A stretch of 64,000 bases of DNA from an uncultured delta proteobacterium (GTDB lineage Bacteria; Desulfobacterota; Desulfobacteria; Desulfobacterales; JAHEIW01): the NCBI GenBank assembly GCA_963706575.1, contig CAVPNL010000006.1, positions 512,001 to 576,000 of the forward strand, written 5' to 3'. The notes below the pieces were generated by a model. That model made no database searches. It was not told the DNA's origin and saw only the letters and a list, made by a program, of their open reading frames with translations. The translations under genes and the position numbers were made by a program. Every line of letters starts with the position of its first letter. Positions within the stretch are counted from its first letter, which is position 1. Positions 59,494 through 64,000 of the stretch are shown in pieces.

Positions 59494-61932
59494 TCATTTG
59501 ACGTAGCGACATACACGAAACCCAAGATCCGGTCGTTTGGCGTCGCTGTAATCCCGATACGCCAGCCTTAATTTGCTCATGCCGGCATATTTCCAGCTGG
59601 CACCTTTAACCACATGATGCTTTCCATCGGGAGGTCCGGCTGGATCGATATCGGCTTTATTGGTATTATAGGTATAAATTGTATAAAAGTCATGGCACCA
59701 TTCCGCGACGTTGCCGCCCAGGTTATATAACCCCAGATCATTGGTCTTAAATTTTGCCGCCGGCGCCGTGACCGGGTAGCCATCGCTGTAATTTTCAATA
59801 TAAGCCGGCAACAGTTTTTGGGCCGACGTATCGGCATAATTTCCGGAAGGCGAAGTCGGCGGAAACTGATTCCCCCAGGGGTATTTGAGAGCGCTTTGAT
59901 TTCTTGTGAATCGGGCGCAATATTCCCATTCGGCCTCGGTAGGCAACCGATATCCCGTACCGATGGGCTCAGCAGCGACCAGGCGGCCGCCCTTTTTAAC
60001 ATAGGCGGGTGGCAAAGATTCCTTGGCGCTGAGCCAGTTACAGAACAACGCCGCCTGCTCCCATGTCACCTGAACCACGGGCTGATCGTCCTGTGACAAA
60101 CGCTGTCCTTTGAAGGTACCGGAATTGTGACTGGACAAAAATTGTTTAAATTCTTTATTGGTTACTTCCCATTTGCCCATATAAAACGGTCGTTGCAGAA
60201 TAATTTTTCGAAGTGTTTCGTTGGTGCGGCGGCCTTGTTCCCGGCGCGAAGAGCCCATGGTAAAAGGTTCGGGGCGGACGAGTTTCAGCGCATATCCATT
60301 TTGAGCTGTGATAACACCAGCAGGACCGGTGGGGTCGGATTTCAGACGGCTTAACGTAATTTTGATTTCTTGCGGAAATCCGGGGCGCGGGGTGACGCGG
60401 GTTCCATAGGGCTCATATCCTTTTTTTATAATTTCCAACTGGTGGCTGACCGCCACCAGCTTTAATTCCGGCGGAACTTTCCCCTGATTTTTTCCGTTTA
60501 AAACGAGCTGGGCATCGGCCGGCACAACTTGGAAGCGAATAACCCCCATTCTCGGTTTCAAATCCACAGCCAGATTTTTCATCTTGCCGGTAGCCACCTG
60601 AACCCGGCGAGATTCGTTTTCATAACCGGCCTTGGAAATTCGAATTTCATGTTCGGTATTTGCGGACAGCTTGACCTTTAAAGGTGTTTTACCGACAAAT
60701 TTTTCGTCGATGGTTATATTGGCGCCGGCAGGCTGAGTTTGCAGGGCCAGGGTACCGTCGTCCGGCTGAAGCCGGATATCTTTTATGGATTGGGGTTGAT
60801 TCGGCGCCACTGCCAGCTGAGTCTGCCAGGTTTTAAATCCCTCAGCACTGATTTGCAGCCGGTAGTTTCCTTGCGGCAATTCAATTGTCAAAGGGGTATT
60901 GCCTGCCGCTTTTCCGTCAATGGATATAAAAGCCCCTTCTGGAATCGAACTGATAAACACATCAGACCAGCCGGGGACAAGCGCAAAATCAAAGGATTGT
61001 TCTTCCGGACAACCGGCGATTTGCACTTCTGTTTTGATGTCCTGGTAATTATCCATTTGAATTTCTAAAATCCGTTGGCCGGCTTTTACTTCAAGGTCTG
61101 AAACGGGTGTGATACCGACTTCCGATCCATCAATGATGACCCGGGCGCCGTTGACAAAGGCCGTCGGATCACCGGCTTGATGAGCCTGTAAAGAAATGCG
61201 TCCGGGGAGTCTTTCCATTTGAAATCGGAGCGTCTGGCTTTTGTCTGTCCCCACCTCAAAGGGCTGTTGTAATGCAAAATAGCAGTCTTTAGAGGCATGC
61301 AGCGTATACGTTCCGGGCCGCAGTAGAAAATGCCCGCCAAATCTGGGGGCAATCAGGCTGCCGCCAATGGAAATTTGATCCGGCTGGGGCTCAATCTGGA
61401 TCATGATTTGCCTGGCAGTAAAGACAAACCAGGCGGCGATAATCAGCAAAAGGAAACTGAGTCCAATTGTTAATCCGATGAATCGCCGATAGCGGCGGAT
61501 TGAACCCGCAGCAGGTCCTCGCCGTTGCGGCCGAAAGGACAGGGGCTTGATTTTTAATGCCGCATCCTCGCCGGTGACAGTCGGCGTCCTATCCGTATCG
61601 GCTGCTGTTTGGCGGGAGACGACTTCGATGATAAATTGGCTGCCTTCAACCTTAAAATTAATTTTGCAGGAGCCGATTTCAAGCAGATCTGCATGCATCA
61701 ACCAGGCGGAACCATCCAATTTTCGGTGATTATGTTGCACCGCAACATCAGATTGGCCGACTTGCACAAAAGGCCGCTTTTGCGACAAGCCGATATAGGC
61801 AACTTCCGTTTCGGTTTTGAGATCGCGGATCCGGATGTTTGCCGTCGGACCGGCTCCGATAATAATCGGAAAGCCTTCTTCAGCCACGCTGCGTTCACCG
61901 CTGTCATCTCGGATTTTATAGCGGATTTTCAA
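59494..61932 (-). CDS. Membrane protein with degenerate FHA-like N-terminus, PEGA repeats and FGE-sulfatase (SUMF1/GldK/PvdO-like) domain
   Basis: One TM helix; repeated S.P.GA..I.DG...G.TP PEGA motifs; FTMGS, EVTN, RLPTEAEWEY, GLYNLGGNVAEW, LGFR. Confidence 0.9.
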   Translation of the reverse strand: MKIRYKIRDDSGERSVAEEGFPIIIGAGPTANIRIRDLKTETEVAYIGLSQKRPFVQVGQSDVAVQHNHRKLDGSAWLMHADLLEIGSCKINFKVEGSQFIIEVVSRQTAADTDRTPTVTGEDAALKIKPLSFRPQRRGPAAGSIRRYRRFIGLTIGLSFLLLIIAAWFVFTARQIMIQIEPQPDQISIGGSLIAPRFGGHFLLRPGTYTLHASKDCYFALQQPFEVGTDKSQTLRFQMERLPGRISLQAHQAGDPTAFVNGARVIIDGSEVGITPVSDLEVKAGQRILEIQMDNYQDIKTEVQIAGCPEEQSFDFALVPGWSDVFISSIPEGAFISIDGKAAGNTPLTIELPQGNYRLQISAEGFKTWQTQLAVAPNQPQSIKDIRLQPDDGTLALQTQPAGANITIDEKFVGKTPLKVKLSANTEHEIRISKAGYENESRRVQVATGKMKNLAVDLKPRMGVIRFQVVPADAQLVLNGKNQGKVPPELKLVAVSHQLEIIKKGYEPYGTRVTPRPGFPQEIKITLSRLKSDPTGPAGVITAQNGYALKLVRPEPFTMGSSRREQGRRTNETLRKIILQRPFYMGKWEVTNKEFKQFLSSHNSGTFKGQRLSQDDQPVVQVTWEQAALFCNWLSAKESLPPAYVKKGGRLVAAEPIGTGYRLPTEAEWEYCARFTRNQSALKYPWGNQFPPTSPSGNYADTSAQKLLPAYIENYSDGYPVTAPAAKFKTNDLGLYNLGGNVAEWCHDFYTIYTYNTNKADIDPAGPPDGKHHVVKGASWKYAGMSKLRLAYRDYSDAKRPDLGFRVCRYVK

Positions 61933-64000
61933 ATCTTAACCTCGCATCTGATGGTCACGCGTAGCGCGTTTTGCCCGGGTTTGATGATGATCTTTTTGCG
62001 GACATCCTGGTAGCCATCGCGCGTTCCCACAACGGTATAGGTGCCGGGCCGCAGGCTCAGTTCCCGGCTCTCGAAGCGGCCGAATTTCCCAACTTTATAA
62101 ACAGCAACGTCCGTAAACGTATCGGATTCGATAATTATTTTTACCGGGGTTTGAGCAGCACCCACGATTTGAACAAGTCTCTCGAATCGTTCTTTGATTT
62201 GCGGACCTTTGGGGTCAATTTTTTCAATTTCATCAATGAGCGCAATGGCGTTTTGAAGCTGGGGATCTGATTCCAGTACTGCCGGCTGTTGCAGAAAAAA
62301 ATTAATGCGCTTGTCAATCAGAATGCGCTCCCGGGCGCGTTCTTTCCCCCGGGCGGCAAACTGGACATTGGCGTCTATTTTAATAACCTGCAAATAGGCA
62401 TCCAACGCCTGTTGCCAGTTTTCAGCCTGTTCTGCCGCGGTCGCCTTTTGGCGATAGGTTTCAATGCGGGCCAGGCGAATCGCTTGATCCACCTGGGCCA
62501 GTGCGTCCTTAACTTCTCGGGATTCCGGCCGGAACGATTTTGCTTTCAGCAGTTTTGCCCGGGCAAGTTGATAGTCATTCCGATGCAGCGCCGTCAGTCC
62601 CTCAGACATCAGCAGCTGAAATTCTGTATCACGGATTTGGCCTTTAACCCGGGCGACAGCCTGCCGCGCTTCTTTTGATTCGGGGTCCAGTCTCAGCGCC
62701 TCCTGATAATCGGCATGCGCAAAAGCGATTTTACCCGCTTTTTCATGACGGTTCCCTGATTCCAACAGCTGCAGGACAGCATCTAAATTTTTGGCGCGCT
62801 GGCGGCTGTTGCGGGCTAACCGGTTCTCTGGATCAATCATTAAGGCGATGGAGAATTTTTGCTGGGATAGCTCAGCGTTTCCCTCATCCAGTGCCGTCTG
62901 GCCCTCGGCAAGCAGTTGTTTTAGAACCGGCTCGATCTGGTCGACTAAGGTTTGAGCGCTGGCGGCTGCGGCCGCATATTTTTCGGCGGCTGCGGCATAA
63001 TCGTTTTCAAGTAAAAGTCGATCCGCTTCCTCCGAAAGTTGGATCATTTCGACATATACTTGATTTCCCCATTGCGAAACACCTTTTGCATCCAATTCCT
63101 GTTTGAGCTGCATAAATTCAGCCAGCTTTTTCTCCGCTTCCCTTTTTTCAGCAGCAATCTTGGCGGGGTCCGGTGCGGTTTCGGGTAAAGCCTCAGGTGC
63201 CTCGATGGCCTTTTCAGATTCGGGTTGATGCGCTTCGCTATGCGACATTTCCGTCCGGCCCGGTTCCGGCGGTTTTGTGGGTAGATATTGCCACAGCCAT
63301 AACCCGCCGGCCACCAATACGACTAACGCGATAATTAGGGTCGCACCTTTGATCAGGTTGCTGTGCCCGGTTAAAGGCAGCCCTTTGCCGGGAGCCTTTG
63401 GCGTTACCCTTAGCGGGGTAATAATTTCCGGGCGGACCGGGGCCGAATTTGGCTCCGCAAAGCCGGAACCTGACCTCTGCGACAACCGGCGATGAGCGAC
63501 ACCATTGTCAAGCATGCGGTCGAAGCGGCTTTCGATCGCTGCCATGCTGGATGGGCGATCAACGGGTGTCTTCGCCAGCATGCTGTCAATCAGATCTTCC
63601 ATGGAGTCGGAGACCTGGGCATCAATGGCCAGCTGGTTTAACCGGCGGTTAACAGGAATAGGAGACTCATGCAGAATTCTTTCACGGGTAATATCCGGAT
63701 AAAACGGTGGATAACCGGTGAACAGTTCATAGAGCAGGACGCCAAGGGCGTAAATATCGTCGGATGGATGGGGCGGGCGGCCCTCAAGTTGCTGCGGGCT
63801 CATGCAAAACAGCGAACCGCCGGATGTAATTTCCAGTGCATAGCGGCCGGATTTGAAAACGCCGGCAATCCCAAAGTCTGTCAGCCGGGGTGTTTTCTGC
63901 GCATCAAGCAAAATATTGCCGGCTTTGACGTCTCGATGGACCAGCCCCTGTTCATGGGCATACCCCAGGGCGTTGATCAGCGGCCGAATCAGTTTGATCA
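61929..64000 (-). CDS. Hanks-type Ser/Thr protein kinase with TM helix, TPR-like helical region and C-terminal beta domain (5' end outside window)
   Basis: Frame open to the window edge: YAHEQGLVHRDVKAGNILL, TDFGIA, MSPQQ, SDDIYALG; stop overlaps the next ATG. Confidence 0.93.
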   Translation of the reverse strand, partial: IKLIRPLINALGYAHEQGLVHRDVKAGNILLDAQKTPRLTDFGIAGVFKSGRYALEITSGGSLFCMSPQQLEGRPPHPSDDIYALGVLLYELFTGYPPFYPDITRERILHESPIPVNRRLNQLAIDAQVSDSMEDLIDSMLAKTPVDRPSSMAAIESRFDRMLDNGVAHRRLSQRSGSGFAEPNSAPVRPEIITPLRVTPKAPGKGLPLTGHSNLIKGATLIIALVVLVAGGLWLWQYLPTKPPEPGRTEMSHSEAHQPESEKAIEAPEALPETAPDPAKIAAEKREAEKKLAEFMQLKQELDAKGVSQWGNQVYVEMIQLSEEADRLLLENDYAAAAEKYAAAAASAQTLVDQIEPVLKQLLAEGQTALDEGNAELSQQKFSIALMIDPENRLARNSRQRAKNLDAVLQLLESGNRHEKAGKIAFAHADYQEALRLDPESKEARQAVARVKGQIRDTEFQLLMSEGLTALHRNDYQLARAKLLKAKSFRPESREVKDALAQVDQAIRLARIETYRQKATAAEQAENWQQALDAYLQVIKIDANVQFAARGKERARERILIDKRINFFLQQPAVLESDPQLQNAIALIDEIEKIDPKGPQIKERFERLVQIVGAAQTPVKIIIESDTFTDVAVYKVGKFGRFESRELSLRPGTYTVVGTRDGYQDVRKKIIIKPGQNALRVTIRCEVKI

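Overview
Bacterial chromosome segment from a dissimilatory sulfate reducer, most consistent with Desulfobacterota (Desulfobacterales-like); taxonomy is inferred from gene content only. From left to right: (1) the mercury-methylation genes hgcA (split by three single-base insertions) and the first 7 codons of hgcB; (2) a GT4 glycosyltransferase with an in-frame TAA, a membrane protein, trxB, a methyltransferase and a PilZ protein; (3) a ClpP-like lipoprotein behind a sigma54/IHF-type promoter, divergent from a hypothetical gene overlapping an archaeal-type membrane LonB, then HDOD, HD, TPR and lactate permease genes; (4) a minus-strand core block (infC-rpmI-rplT-pheST-merR, tRNA-Gly, rimP-nusA-infB-DUF503-rbfA-nrnA-truB-rpsO-pnp-M16-dut); (5) deaminase, HsdR_N, dGTPase, three Cys-cluster (YkgJ-like) genes and an atypical SDR; (6) aprBA-qmoABC convergent with sat; (7) an uncharacterised minus-strand cluster of Ser/Thr kinase, PEGA/FGE-sulfatase protein, small exported protein, MotA/TolQ/ExbB, Hsp70-like-FHA fusion and two vWA proteins with ExbD-like Asp-bearing membrane anchors, possibly an ion-driven envelope motor under phospho-control. 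About 20 intergenic spacers hold inverted arrays of 7-9 nt degenerate tandem repeats, mini-hairpin arrays, REP-like doublets or a MITE, several nested inside each other. Eight +1 frameshifts cluster in two zones and are probably sequencing errors. All protein calls come from motif recognition, not database searches.
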